From contig JBMYTV010000012.1 of NCBI GenBank assembly GCA_049604715.1, positions 1-27,053 of the forward strand: a DNA stretch of 27,053 nt, in the 5' to 3' direction. Positions 1 through 9,261 of this stretch are shown here, one piece after another. Numbering within the stretch: position 1 is the stretch's first letter; the number at the start of each line of letters is the position of its first letter. The position numbers were made by a program, and so were the translations under genes. This stretch comes from Patescibacteria group bacterium (GTDB lineage Bacteria > Patescibacteriota > Patescibacteriia > S139-126 > S139-133). Below the pieces are notes generated by a model, which worked only from the letters and a program-made list of their open reading frames with translations, was not told where the DNA came from and searched no databases.

Positions 1-161
1 CGTTCAGCATCAAGTTCAATATTTTTCTTGCCGCCGTAATAGTTTACGTGGCCAATTTTTTCAATGTAATCACCAAAAGGATCTTTGTGCTTTTGGCAAA
101 TAATAATGCGGTAGCTTGGTTTTTTCTTCTTACCAACTCGCGCTAATCGAATACTTAACAT
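1..161 (-). CDS. rpsP: 30S ribosomal protein S16 (partial, continues beyond window start)
   Basis: My translation of the reverse complement from the ATG at 159-161 gives MLSIRLARVGKKKKPSYRIII...FGDYIEKIGHVNYY. This matches the conserved S16 N-terminus (IRLAR.G.KK.P.Y.IVV...G.FIE.IG.YNP). The gene is truncated by the window edge and so is absent from the ORF track. Confidence 0.8.
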   Translation of the reverse strand, partial: MLSIRLARVGKKKKPSYRIIICQKHKDPFGDYIEKIGHVNYYGGKKNIELDAE

Positions 162-281
162 AATAATGTCTCTAATTACCTACTTGTAAAAATGTGACGG
201 ATTTACTTCGTAGTAAACTCTGCCTTTTCAGCAGAGGAGAGTATGTGCATAGAATACTAAAAAGAGGTGAGGCTGTCAAGT

Positions 282-2879
282 TTACCTATTGGCAAACTGT
301 TTGCCTTCTTCTAGCTTAATAGACAGTAATTTTGACACACCATCATCACCCATGGTTACGCCGTATAGGAGTTGCGCTTGCTCCATGGTGGCTCTGTTGT
401 GCGTAACAACTATAAACTGTGTAGTGTCTGATAGTTCTTTTAAAATACTTGAAAAACGTGCTGAATTGGCTTCATCTAGTGCAGCATCAACCTCGTCAAG
501 AACCACGAATGGTGATTTATTATTGGCGATAATAGCGCAGATAAGTGCGATTGAGGTTAGTGCTTTTTCACCACCAGAGAGCATAGTGATATTTTGTAGA
601 CGTTTACCTGGTGGCGTTGCCATGATTTCGATACCTGAGATAGTTGTTTTTTGCTCTGATTCTTCTTCAGCTTCATCAGGTTGCTGAGTAACAACAGTGA
701 GAGCTGCTTTACCTCCATTAAAGAGGGTATTAAAGTAGTGAGAGAATTTTTTATTAATTTTTTCTAAATTCTCAGTAAATTGTTTTTCTATCTTTGCGTC
801 AAGATCTTTTATAACCTCTTGTAGTGAGTTGATTGCTTCAGTGAGGTCATTGATTTGATGCTCGAGCCATTCGTGTCGTTCTTTTATTTCAGCGTGTTCT
901 TGTTTGGTTTCTTCGTCAATGCTTCCGATAAGTTCTTTTTTGCGTTTAAGGTCCTGGATTTTTTTATCAAGTGCAGCATGGTTATCAATATTTACCTTGG
1001 TATGCAGTAGTTTTTCAACTTCACTAAATGAATTATCAAAGTCATGACTTGCATTTTCTTTAATATCTTCAAGTTTTGTTTGCAAACGAGCAAGTGTAAC
1101 CTCACACTGAGTGAGTTTGGTAGTAAGTGTATTTATTGATTGTTGTACAGAGGATGACTTTTGTTGTAAAGAGTATAATTCTTGTTTTTGCTTTTGATCT
1201 GATGCCGCTGCGTCACTAAGTTTTCTTTTTGCATTAGTAATCTTTTCATCAATAACAGAAATTTGCTCACTTAAAGTATCAATCTTTTCTTTTAATGAAA
1301 CTTCTTGTTCATCAGCTGGTGCTGAGTTTTCTAGTGCAGCCCGCTGCTCAGAAACATCTTCTAGTTCCTTTTCTTTTTGTTGAATAGTACTGGCTATGGT
1401 GTTCTGTGAACCTTTTGCGCTGCTAATAGTTGCAGTAAGATTTTGCAATTCAATGTCGAGTTCTTTTTTTCTTTTTTCAAGAGCATTTAACTCTTCTTGT
1501 AGGGCAAGTGTGTCGACTGATTCATCATCACCAGGAAGCTTATCAAGCTCTGTTTTACAGTCAGTAATAAGGGTATCCAAATCCTTTTGCGCATCAGAAA
1601 GTGAAATATTTTGTTTGATAGCAGTTGTTATTTGGTTCTCAAGTGCTGTGAAAAGTCCTTGCAAGTTTTCTTTTATTGTCTTGATGGTATCAGAGTTACT
1701 TACATCGGGTTGGAGGTGTGCAAACAATTTTTCTTGTAGAGAAGATATTTTTTTACTTAAAGTTTTGTACTCATCAGCTGTTGATTGTTGTTTATCTTGA
1801 GCTGCGCTAAGTTCGTTTTCGTGCTTTAGTAAAGACTCTTTTTGTTTCTTGATATCTTTTTGAAGAGTGCTTATTTGCTTTTCTATGAAAGAAAGATTGT
1901 GCTTGCCTGATTGTGCCCACTCGTTATCTAGTCGTGTTTGCCATTGTGTTTTTTCTTGAGAAAGTTGTTGTTTTTCAGCGAGTAGTGATTCATATGAATC
2001 CTGCAAAGTAGTTGTTTGTGTACTGTCGGTGTTGGTGGTGGCTAGCTTCTCCATTGAGTGTTGTAATTTTGCTAGCTCTTTTTCTAATGCCTCCTTTTCT
2101 TTAGTAATGGTGAGTTTGCTATCAAGTTGCTGCTTACTTTGGTCGGTTAGTTCATGCCATGCATGACTATAAAAGGCAACAAGCGAATCATGTAGCTCTT
2201 TCATGACCACTTCACGTTCATCATACCGCTTCATTTGGCGGTTTAAAGACTTTAACCTCGGGGTAATCTCGTTTAGCTGTAGAGTGCCTTGTGTTAGGTT
2301 CTCTTGCGCTTGCTCTAGTTTGTTTGTAGCCTGAGCCCGCTTTAGTTGGTATTGCTTAATACCAGCTGCTTCATCAAAAAATTCTTTACGGTCACTTGGT
2401 GTGCTGTTAAGAACAGCCGCGATAGTTCCTTGTCCAATGACAGTGTACGATCGCTGTCCAATATGTGCTTTTGCTAAGAGGTAGTGGATGTCTTGCAACC
2501 TACTTTTGTTGCCATTGATTAGATACTCACTGTCGCCGCTACGAAATAACTGACGTGATAGTTCCACTTCGCTATATCCAATATCCATAACCTCATCTTC
2601 ATTGTTGAGCTTTAAGCTGACTTGGGCTGATGAGTTGCGAGATTTTTTATCTGTTCCAGCAAAAATAACATCACCGGACTTTTTACCGCGAAGTTGTTTA
2701 GCTGATTGTTCGCCAAGGACCCATCTGATAGCATCAACTACATTTGATTTTCCTGAGCCATTTGGTCCAACAATAGCGGTAATGCCTAGGGTGCCGTTGT
2801 TTTTAGCTGGTTTAAAATCAATCGTGGTTTTGTTCGCGAATGATTTAAAACCGTGAAGTGTAAGGTGTTCTAGATACAT
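282..2879 (-). CDS. smc: SMC-family chromosome segregation ATPase (865 aa; no recognisable hinge)
   Basis: The N-terminus has the SMC Walker A head (FKSF...AIVGPNGSGKSNVVDAIRWVLGEQSAKQLRG). The C-terminus has the signature and Walker B (LSGGEKALTSIAL...PFVVLDEVDAALD...QFIVVTHN...LYGVTM). A long Q/E/K/S/T-rich coiled coil lies between them. Confidence 0.85.
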   Translation of the reverse strand: MYLEHLTLHGFKSFANKTTIDFKPAKNNGTLGITAIVGPNGSGKSNVVDAIRWVLGEQSAKQLRGKKSGDVIFAGTDKKSRNSSAQVSLKLNNEDEVMDIGYSEVELSRQLFRSGDSEYLINGNKSRLQDIHYLLAKAHIGQRSYTVIGQGTIAAVLNSTPSDRKEFFDEAAGIKQYQLKRAQATNKLEQAQENLTQGTLQLNEITPRLKSLNRQMKRYDEREVVMKELHDSLVAFYSHAWHELTDQSKQQLDSKLTITKEKEALEKELAKLQHSMEKLATTNTDSTQTTTLQDSYESLLAEKQQLSQEKTQWQTRLDNEWAQSGKHNLSFIEKQISTLQKDIKKQKESLLKHENELSAAQDKQQSTADEYKTLSKKISSLQEKLFAHLQPDVSNSDTIKTIKENLQGLFTALENQITTAIKQNISLSDAQKDLDTLITDCKTELDKLPGDDESVDTLALQEELNALEKRKKELDIELQNLTATISSAKGSQNTIASTIQQKEKELEDVSEQRAALENSAPADEQEVSLKEKIDTLSEQISVIDEKITNAKRKLSDAAASDQKQKQELYSLQQKSSSVQQSINTLTTKLTQCEVTLARLQTKLEDIKENASHDFDNSFSEVEKLLHTKVNIDNHAALDKKIQDLKRKKELIGSIDEETKQEHAEIKERHEWLEHQINDLTEAINSLQEVIKDLDAKIEKQFTENLEKINKKFSHYFNTLFNGGKAALTVVTQQPDEAEEESEQKTTISGIEIMATPPGKRLQNITMLSGGEKALTSIALICAIIANNKSPFVVLDEVDAALDEANSARFSSILKELSDTTQFIVVTHNRATMEQAQLLYGVTMGDDGVSKLLSIKLEEGKQFANR

Positions 2880-2899
2880 GGGGATTATCCAAAGTGGGT

Positions 2900-3592
2900 T
2901 TAGAGCCAGCCTTTTAGTTCAAGTGCTGCTCGAGCTGCGTTCATTTGTGCTTCCTGTTTAGATGAACCATCGCCTTGCGCGATCATATCTGGTCCTATGT
3001 ATACTGCAATAGTAAATTGTTTGTTGTGATCAGGGCCATCTTCATCAACAAGTTTGTAAGTAGGTGTGATACCATGCTTTTCTTGTGACATTTCTTGAAA
3101 GTGTGTTTTTGGATCAAGATAAAGCTTGTTTTCAAGAATATGCGGAAGTTTCGATAAGATATGTTCATGAATAAAATTGCTTGCTGCTTCAAATCCACTA
3201 TCAAGGTAAACTGCGCCAATAACAGCCTCCACAGTGTTGGCTAAGATGTAGTTACGTGCTTTGGTGTTTTTGTCTTTTGCTTCACCCTTTGACAAAAGTA
3301 GATATTCTTCAAGACCTAACGTTCGCCCTGTTTCAGCAAGGGACTGAGAGTTAACTAAACTGGCTCGCCAGTTAGTAAGCTCTCCTTCTGGGTTTGGGTA
3401 GTTGCGGTACAGGTATTCTGTTACCACAAGCTCAAGTACAGCATCTCCAAGAAACTCGAGTCGTTCATTGTGATCGAGTGAAAAAGAGTGATGCTCATTG
3501 AGGTATGAGCGGTGAACAAATGCTTGTTTGAGAAGTTTGGCATCACGGAAGGTGAGGCCCAAGTCATGTGCAACGTTTTCGTAATTTGTCAT
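2900..3592 (-). CDS. rnc: Ribonuclease III
   Basis: The RNase III signature ERLEFLGDAVLELVVTEYLY is present, with a C-terminal dsRBD-like tail (GPDHNKQFTIAV...GSSKQEAQMNAARAAL). The ATG is at 3590-3592. Confidence 0.9.
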   Translation of the reverse strand: MTNYENVAHDLGLTFRDAKLLKQAFVHRSYLNEHHSFSLDHNERLEFLGDAVLELVVTEYLYRNYPNPEGELTNWRASLVNSQSLAETGRTLGLEEYLLLSKGEAKDKNTKARNYILANTVEAVIGAVYLDSGFEAASNFIHEHILSKLPHILENKLYLDPKTHFQEMSQEKHGITPTYKLVDEDGPDHNKQFTIAVYIGPDMIAQGDGSSKQEAQMNAARAALELKGWL

Positions 3593-3697
3593 ATAAGTTT
3601 CATTTCGTTACACAACCTGCGATTATGCTTCTACAAAAACATACTCGTAGACTGTGAACACTAATTAGTATATATAGTATACCACGGAGGTGTGGTA

Positions 3698-4558
3698 TTA
3701 GTTTTTATTAAGAACTTGCTGGAAAATAGCCTTGGCTTGATCATAATCAAGCTTTTCCAAAACATCATCTTCAGGTACCCACTCAGCATTTTGAATCTCA
3801 GGATCTTTGGTGATTGAAAATTCTTGCTTTTCAACTTCACCTAGAAAAAGATGGATGGTTTTTGGTGTTGGTTTTTTGTTTGGTTCGTTAACTACTACAT
3901 CGATTTCACCTATTTTGTCATACAATGTGATGTTTTCAAGGCCAATTTCTTCATTGATTTCTCGCATAGCTGCATCGCGAAGGTTCTCGTCTCCAGAAAT
4001 TTTACCTTTAGGAAATGTCCATCTCCCATGTGCATCAAGTACGACCGCGTACATTTTCTTACCTTCCTCTTCGTAAAAAATAATACCACCAGCTGAAGTC
4101 TGTTGCTCGCCCATAGGGTTTTCCATGTCTTGCTTTTCTCCATCAGCTTGCATTTGTTTATAAATAGAGCCCAGAACGCCGTTAATAAACTTACCAGATG
4201 CATCGCCACCAAATGTTTTTGCTAGCTCAATAGCTTCATTAATAGCTACTTTTGGAGGAATTGTCTCAGAGAATTTTAATTCAAAAATGCCGATACGCAG
4301 TACATTGCGATCGACAAGTGTGATTTGCTCCAATGGCCACTCAGGAGCATACTTGGTAATCAAGTCATTAATAGCATCAATGTTTTTTCGTACACCTTCG
4401 AGGATATCTCGAGAAAAGTGCTTATCATCAAAATCAGGAGCAAACTCATCGAAGTTGTGTTCGAGCATAGACAACAAACCATCATCTGGCATTTGGTAAA
4501 AATCCCATTCAAATAAGGTTTGTAATGCTAATGTACGAGAAAGATGTCTATTTGCCAT
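3698..4558 (-). CDS. nusB: NusB antitermination factor fused to a C-terminal NUDIX hydrolase domain
   Basis: Residues about 1-135 carry NusB motifs (RHLSRTLALQTLFEWDF, DRNVLRIGIFEL, INEAIELAKTFGG..KFINGVLG). Residues about 150-286 carry a Nudix box (GKISGDENLRDAAMREINEEIGL). It is one uninterrupted 286-aa ORF. Confidence 0.75.
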   Translation of the reverse strand: MANRHLSRTLALQTLFEWDFYQMPDDGLLSMLEHNFDEFAPDFDDKHFSRDILEGVRKNIDAINDLITKYAPEWPLEQITLVDRNVLRIGIFELKFSETIPPKVAINEAIELAKTFGGDASGKFINGVLGSIYKQMQADGEKQDMENPMGEQQTSAGGIIFYEEEGKKMYAVVLDAHGRWTFPKGKISGDENLRDAAMREINEEIGLENITLYDKIGEIDVVVNEPNKKPTPKTIHLFLGEVEKQEFSITKDPEIQNAEWVPEDDVLEKLDYDQAKAIFQQVLNKN

Positions 4559-4573
4559 ACACCATTTGGTGTG

Positions 4574-4726
4574 TTATTTATTTTTTTCTAAGTCTTCTGG
4601 ACATGCGTGATGTCGTGGTACGACAGAACCATCTGCACAGAGTTTGTAGGGAGGAGTAGATACACCGTGATGCGCACGTCGTCGTCGGGTACGTCCCTTT
4701 GCTTGTCGTTTTTTCGGAACACTCAT
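4574..4726 (-). CDS. rpmF: 50S ribosomal protein L32
   Basis: My translation is MSVPKKRQAKGRTRRRRAHHGVSTPPYKLCADGSVVPRHHACPEDLEKNK. This matches the L32 pattern (VPKKKTSK.RR..RRSHHAL...C). It is in a different frame from the 75-aa ORF-track entry at 4578-4805, which is probably spurious. Confidence 0.65.
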   Translation of the reverse strand: MSVPKKRQAKGRTRRRRAHHGVSTPPYKLCADGSVVPRHHACPEDLEKNK

Positions 4727-4850
4727 AGCGGTTACAAGAGTAATAATAATAAGAGCACGGGGGTCTGATATAAAATATGCTAGAAAATTGCTCTCTAGCA
4801 GTCAAACTATAGCAAAAAAATACTATATTTGCAAGTTTTTAAGCCAAAAT

Positions 4851-4878
4851 AAAACCGCGCCAATAAATTGGCGCGGTT
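4851..4878 (-). terminator. Rho-independent terminator downstream of gyrA
   Basis: Perfect inverted repeat CCGCGCCAA/TTGGCGCGG. On the minus strand it is followed by TTTTATTTT, 17 nt after the gyrA stop. Confidence 0.55.
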
Positions 4879-4894
4879 AAGTAGTAATTCCAGG

Positions 4895-7384
4895 CTATTC
4901 TTCGCTAATAAAAGCCACTGAAGCTACTTTATCACTTCCTACTTTGAACTTCATCAAGCGCACTCCTTGGGTTGCTCTACCAAGTACTGATACTCCTTTT
5001 TGCTCCAATCGAATAACTTGCCCACGATCTGACATAACAATAATATCTTGCTCAGCATCATTACTCACCACAGCCGCAGCTACAATAGAACCGGTCTTTC
5101 CAGTAATATTAGCGGTTTTTATACCACTACCTCCACGTCCTTGGACTTTGTACTCAGTGAGTTTTGATCGTTTGCCATAGCCTTTTTCTGTAACTACAAG
5201 CAATTGTTCGTTTGAACTAGCTTTTCCTTCATTGATAAGGTCCATACCAACTACATAATCTTCCTTTTTTAACCGGATTGCACGGACTCCGGCTGCAGTT
5301 CTGCCCATAGGTCTGATATCTTTTTCTTTAAATCTGATGGCTTGTCCCTTTGCAGTGGTAATAATAACATCATCTTTTCCACTCGATCCTTTTACCCACT
5401 GAAGTTCATCATCTCCTTTAAGTCCAAGTGCAATAAGTCCTGACCTTCTTACTTTTGCAAACTGCTCACGTTCTGTTTTCTTAATTTGGCCATGCTTAGT
5501 GACCATGACTAGGTATTTATTTTCGCGGGTGGTATCAAGTGCCCGAGCGGCTGTTACATGTTCTCCAGGTCCAAGCTGTAAAAAGTTGACCATGGCCTGA
5601 CCTTTGCTGGTACGTGATCCTTGTGGAATGTCATAGCCTTTGAGTTGGAATACACGGCCCTTGTTGGTGAAGAAGAGGATATCTGCATGTGTATGTGTGG
5701 TAAATAGGTCATCGACCATGTCTTCTTCTTTGGTTGTGAGACCAATAACACCCTTACCGCCTCGGCCTTGTTTCTTAAAGGTGTCAGTTGGTACACGTTT
5801 GATGTATCCGTCCTTGGTAATAAAGACTAGAGTTGCTTCATCAGGGATCAAGTCTTCTTGTGAAAATGAGTCAACTGGTGTTGGGATAATTTGTGTTTTG
5901 CGTTCATCGCCAAACTTTTCTTTGAGCTCAATTAGTTCCTCTTTTACAACACCCAAGATTTTTTTCTTGCTCTTCAAAAGATCCTCTAGGTCTTTGATAA
6001 GTTTCTTCTTTTCTTTGAGTTCCTCTTCTACGCGTAATCGTTCTAGGTTAGCAAGTTGTTGTAAGCGCATTTCAAGAATCGCAACTGACTGGCGTTCAGT
6101 CATCTTGAATTTTTTCATCAAGTTTTCCTTTGCTTCATCTCGGTCTTTTGACTTCTTAATAGTGTTGATGATTTTATCAATTTGCTCAAGTGCCATGACC
6201 AATCCCTCGAGGATGTGTGCTCGTTCTTTTGCGCGAGCAAGATCGTATTCAGCGCGGCGGACAATAACAACTTGTCTGTGCTTGATAAACTCTTCTAAGA
6301 TCTGTTTCAAACTCAAAGTCTTTGGCTGGATACCATCAATAAGCGCCACCATGTTAAATGGGAAGCTGGTTTGTAGCTGAGTCTGCTTGTATAGTTGGTT
6401 TAGAATCTTGTTCGGATAAGCATCCTTTTTGAGTTCAATAACAACACGTATACCATCTTTGTCTGATTCATCACGGAGATCTTTAATGCCGTCAATTTTC
6501 TTGTCCTTTACAAGCGAAGCAATTTTTTCAAGGAGATTTGTTTTGTTTACAGCATATGGGATTTCAGTAATAACAATCATAAACTGACCCTTCTTTGACT
6601 CAACAATATCAGCTCGTGAACGAATCACAACAGGGCCACGGCCAGTAGCATATGCTGTGCGTATGTCTTCTTTATTAAAAATAATACCGCGAGTAGGGAA
6701 GTCGGGTCCCTGAATAAATTGCATCAGATCATCAACATCAGCATCAGGGTTATCAATCAAATGCATGGTTCCATCTACAACTTCTGTTAGGTTGTGAGGT
6801 GGGATAGCTGTTGCCATAGCCACAGCAATACCAGTAACACCGTTGAGTAGAAGATTTGGAACCTTTGTTGGAAGAACAGTTGGTTCTTTTTGTGAGCCAT
6901 CATAGTTAGCGACAAAGTCAACAGTGTCTTTTTCTATATCAAGAAGCATCTCCTCGGCAAGTTGTGTCATTTTTGCCTCTGTATAACGCATTGCTGCAGC
7001 AGCATCACCATCAATAGATCCAAAGTTGCCCTGGCCGTTAACCAGTGGATAGCGCATTGAGAAGTCTTGCGCTAGGCGAACCAAACTATCGTAAATAGCT
7101 GAGTCGCCGTGGGGGTGATACTTTGCCATTACCTCACCAACAACATTTGCAGATTTTCTAAATTTTGCACTAGCACGAAGGCCATTAGTCCACATAGCAT
7201 ATAAGATGCGGCGATGCACTGGCTTCATACCATCACGCACATCTGGCAGTGCACGTGAGACAATAACACTCATAGCATAGTCAAGGTATGACTGCTGCAT
7301 TTCCTGCACAATTGGTTGTGGCTTGATAGTGCCAATGCTGTTTTTGGGTTCGTCTATTGTGTCTTTGGTTTTTTTACTAGGCAT
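4895..7384 (-). CDS. gyrA: DNA gyrase subunit A
   Basis: The N-terminus reads [29 protein letters not shown]. The catalytic region and a C-terminal beta-pinwheel with a GyrA-box-like QGRGGKGV are present. Length is 829 aa. Confidence 0.92.
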   Translation of the reverse strand: MPSKKTKDTIDEPKNSIGTIKPQPIVQEMQQSYLDYAMSVIVSRALPDVRDGMKPVHRRILYAMWTNGLRASAKFRKSANVVGEVMAKYHPHGDSAIYDSLVRLAQDFSMRYPLVNGQGNFGSIDGDAAAAMRYTEAKMTQLAEEMLLDIEKDTVDFVANYDGSQKEPTVLPTKVPNLLLNGVTGIAVAMATAIPPHNLTEVVDGTMHLIDNPDADVDDLMQFIQGPDFPTRGIIFNKEDIRTAYATGRGPVVIRSRADIVESKKGQFMIVITEIPYAVNKTNLLEKIASLVKDKKIDGIKDLRDESDKDGIRVVIELKKDAYPNKILNQLYKQTQLQTSFPFNMVALIDGIQPKTLSLKQILEEFIKHRQVVIVRRAEYDLARAKERAHILEGLVMALEQIDKIINTIKKSKDRDEAKENLMKKFKMTERQSVAILEMRLQQLANLERLRVEEELKEKKKLIKDLEDLLKSKKKILGVVKEELIELKEKFGDERKTQIIPTPVDSFSQEDLIPDEATLVFITKDGYIKRVPTDTFKKQGRGGKGVIGLTTKEEDMVDDLFTTHTHADILFFTNKGRVFQLKGYDIPQGSRTSKGQAMVNFLQLGPGEHVTAARALDTTRENKYLVMVTKHGQIKKTEREQFAKVRRSGLIALGLKGDDELQWVKGSSGKDDVIITTAKGQAIRFKEKDIRPMGRTAAGVRAIRLKKEDYVVGMDLINEGKASSNEQLLVVTEKGYGKRSKLTEYKVQGRGGSGIKTANITGKTGSIVAAAVVSNDAEQDIIVMSDRGQVIRLEQKGVSVLGRATQGVRLMKFKVGSDKVASVAFISEE

Positions 7385-7388
7385 ATAA

Positions 7389-7721
7389 TTAGTTTTCAGT
7401 TGATGTTGATTGTTCTAGGATGTCTTTCATTTCCAAAATGACGTCATCGTTAATTTCTGGGGTGCTTGTTGGTGTAGTGGATGCAACTTGGGTCTGAATA
7501 TACTTGTGTAACATGTTTATTTGCTCTTTTTGTCTATTGTACTCTATCTTAAGGTCTTCTGTGGAAGACGCGAGTTCGTCCCAAATACCAGGCTCTTGCG
7601 TTTCTTCAGTTGGTTCGTATGGATTGGTTGCAATAACCCATATAATCCAAAATAAAAGCAAAATAACTGTACTCACGATAACATATAGATTGCGCTTTTT
7701 TTCTAATCTGCCGTGAGACAT
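7389..7721 (-). CDS. Small membrane-anchored coiled-coil protein (FtsB/DivIC-like architecture; hypothetical)
   Basis: One N-terminal TM segment ([18 protein letters not shown]) is followed by a coiled-coil-like segment and an acidic S/T-rich tail. Its stop lies 4 nt upstream of the gyrA start. Confidence 0.45.
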   Translation of the reverse strand: MSHGRLEKKRNLYVIVSTVILLLFWIIWVIATNPYEPTEETQEPGIWDELASSTEDLKIEYNRQKEQINMLHKYIQTQVASTTPTSTPEINDDVILEMKDILEQSTSTEN

Positions 7722-7727
7722 AAGATG

Positions 7728-8390
7728 TTAAATATGTACAAGCGTTACTACCATCTCATCTTGTGGTAGGTCTTTTTTCTTTAAAGTAAGTTTTTGTGTT
7801 TCTTCGAACTTCTTTATACCAAGTTCTTTCAAAAATGCTTTTTCATCATCTACTTTAGCACTCACTCCAGAGAACTTGTAATATAGCGGTATAACCATGC
7901 GAGGCTCTAAATCTTGGACCAATCGTGCTGCTTGCTTGCCATCAAGTCTATCACCGCCGCCAATTGGAACACATAAGACATCTACAGAATCAAGAAGTTC
8001 ACGTGCCTTTGCTGACAAGTCAGTTGAAGTAAGGCTGCCAACATGACCTATCTTAATGTCTTCGCTTCCAACAACATAGACAGTACCTCCAGCTGCTCCG
8101 GCATCTGCACCATAAATAGAAATCTCGCGTGTTTCATATTCACCTGGGGTTGTGATCACAAACGCTTCTTTTGAGATAAGTTTTTTATCAACCTTACTGT
8201 CAGTTGAAATGACGACCTCTGCGTCCATTTTTGGTTGTCTGCCGCCCCATGTTTTAGTTTGAAAGGGGTCAAGTAAGATAACTGAATCACCAATGCCTGG
8301 TGATTTTACTTGCAGCCTCATAAATGTATTTCCAAAGTGTTGTAGTTGCATACTTTTTTCATCAATGTATATACCTATAGTAGCAAACAT
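7728..8390 (-). CDS. MBL-fold (UPF0173/COG2220-like) protein with degenerate metal-binding motif
   Basis: It resembles small metal-dependent hydrolases (ILLDPF; DVLCVPIGGGD...MVIPLYYK). The positions expected for HxHxDH and the late His are not histidines (ISTDSKVD, LYYK). Confidence 0.45.
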   Translation of the reverse strand: MFATIGIYIDEKSMQLQHFGNTFMRLQVKSPGIGDSVILLDPFQTKTWGGRQPKMDAEVVISTDSKVDKKLISKEAFVITTPGEYETREISIYGADAGAAGGTVYVVGSEDIKIGHVGSLTSTDLSAKARELLDSVDVLCVPIGGGDRLDGKQAARLVQDLEPRMVIPLYYKFSGVSAKVDDEKAFLKELGIKKFEETQKLTLKKKDLPQDEMVVTLVHI

Positions 8391-8443
8391 TAGCCTAAAA
8401 GTAAACTTTTTTAGGCACGTAAAAGTGTGGTGTAATAAGGTGT

Positions 8444-9091
8444 TTATATAGGCAATTCAGGCAAGTTTTTTGCCTTTTCTTTGATCTCATCAATTGTTTT
8501 GGTTTCGCGCATCTTTCCTTGGGCTGATGTTTCTGTTTCATCTCCTTTTTCTTTATACTTTGACCATGAGTTACTGCGCTGCGACGCTTTGGCGCTAGTA
8601 GTTGGTTTATCTAGTGTGTGGTATTTACCATGACGGTCTTTGTGCTCCTTGGGTGCATCAGGATCTAGTCCGCGCATTTTTTCTTCTTGTAAGCGCTCTT
8701 TCATGTATTCTTTGCTACGCTCGCGCTTTATGTCAAACTTACGTGTTCGTTTGATATTTGATTTGATGTCATTATATGAAGCATCAGTTGCAGCTCGTTC
8801 TTCCCAGGCCTGCTTGACGTTCTTTTCATACTGAGAAAAGCCTGTTTTAAGCTTTTTTGCTAACTTTGGGTCGTGCTGATGTACTAAGTCTTCCATTTCA
8901 CCCAAAGAAAGCTGTTTGCCTCTGTTTAGCAAAAATTGGCCTTGTGGTTTGCTTTTCATCGCCTTTTTTAGGGATTTTATGTCTTTATTATCCATCTTGA
9001 GCGCACGGAATATCTCGTGCTGCTCAGTTGAGGTTAGGTGCTTTTTTAGCGGGATTTTTGGTGGCTCTGATGATTGCCAGAATTTGCCCAT
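8444..9091 (-). CDS. Lys/Glu-rich hypothetical protein
   Basis: A 215-aa ORF, highly charged and low in complexity, with no recognisable domain. It is the first gene of the minus-strand block. Confidence 0.45.
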   Translation of the reverse strand: MGKFWQSSEPPKIPLKKHLTSTEQHEIFRALKMDNKDIKSLKKAMKSKPQGQFLLNRGKQLSLGEMEDLVHQHDPKLAKKLKTGFSQYEKNVKQAWEERAATDASYNDIKSNIKRTRKFDIKRERSKEYMKERLQEEKMRGLDPDAPKEHKDRHGKYHTLDKPTTSAKASQRSNSWSKYKEKGDETETSAQGKMRETKTIDEIKEKAKNLPELPI

Positions 9092-9110
9092 AATATAAGG
9101 TGTTTAAGAC

Positions 9111-9139
9111 TTGCCAAAAGGTACTTTTTCTTGTAGACT
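9111..9139 (+). promoter_or_regulatory. Candidate sigma70-like promoter (TTGCCA-N17-TAGACT) upstream of rpsA
   Basis: The hexamers and spacing were read directly from the sequence. The site lies about 120 nt upstream of the rpsA ATG in the divergent intergenic region. Confidence 0.25.
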
Positions 9140-9261
9140 TAGTAGGTCTTAATAAACCTCACTTTGTGTAAGACGGCTCTTTTATAGAGCTTTTATTAAT
9201 ACCTACGCTTTGTGAGACTTATAGCATTTGGCTATAGGTTAATTGTAATCTAATCATTAAT

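Noticed and set aside
4578-4805. 75-aa ORF from the six-frame track (MTAREQFSSIFYIRPPCSYYYY...)
   Set aside because: It is low-complexity and has an implausible composition. A different frame of the same region encodes a clean L32 (rpmF) homolog at 4574-4726, and I annotated that instead.
5640-6380. 246-aa plus-strand ORF and other antisense ORFs inside gyrA, smc, rpsA and the SPFH-like gene (e.g. 289-687, 1396-1800, 9765-10091, 12299-12742, 12414-12791)
   Set aside because: They lie entirely within, and antisense or out-of-frame to, strongly supported conserved genes. They are Ser/Cys/Arg-rich and of low complexity, which is typical of spurious shadow ORFs.
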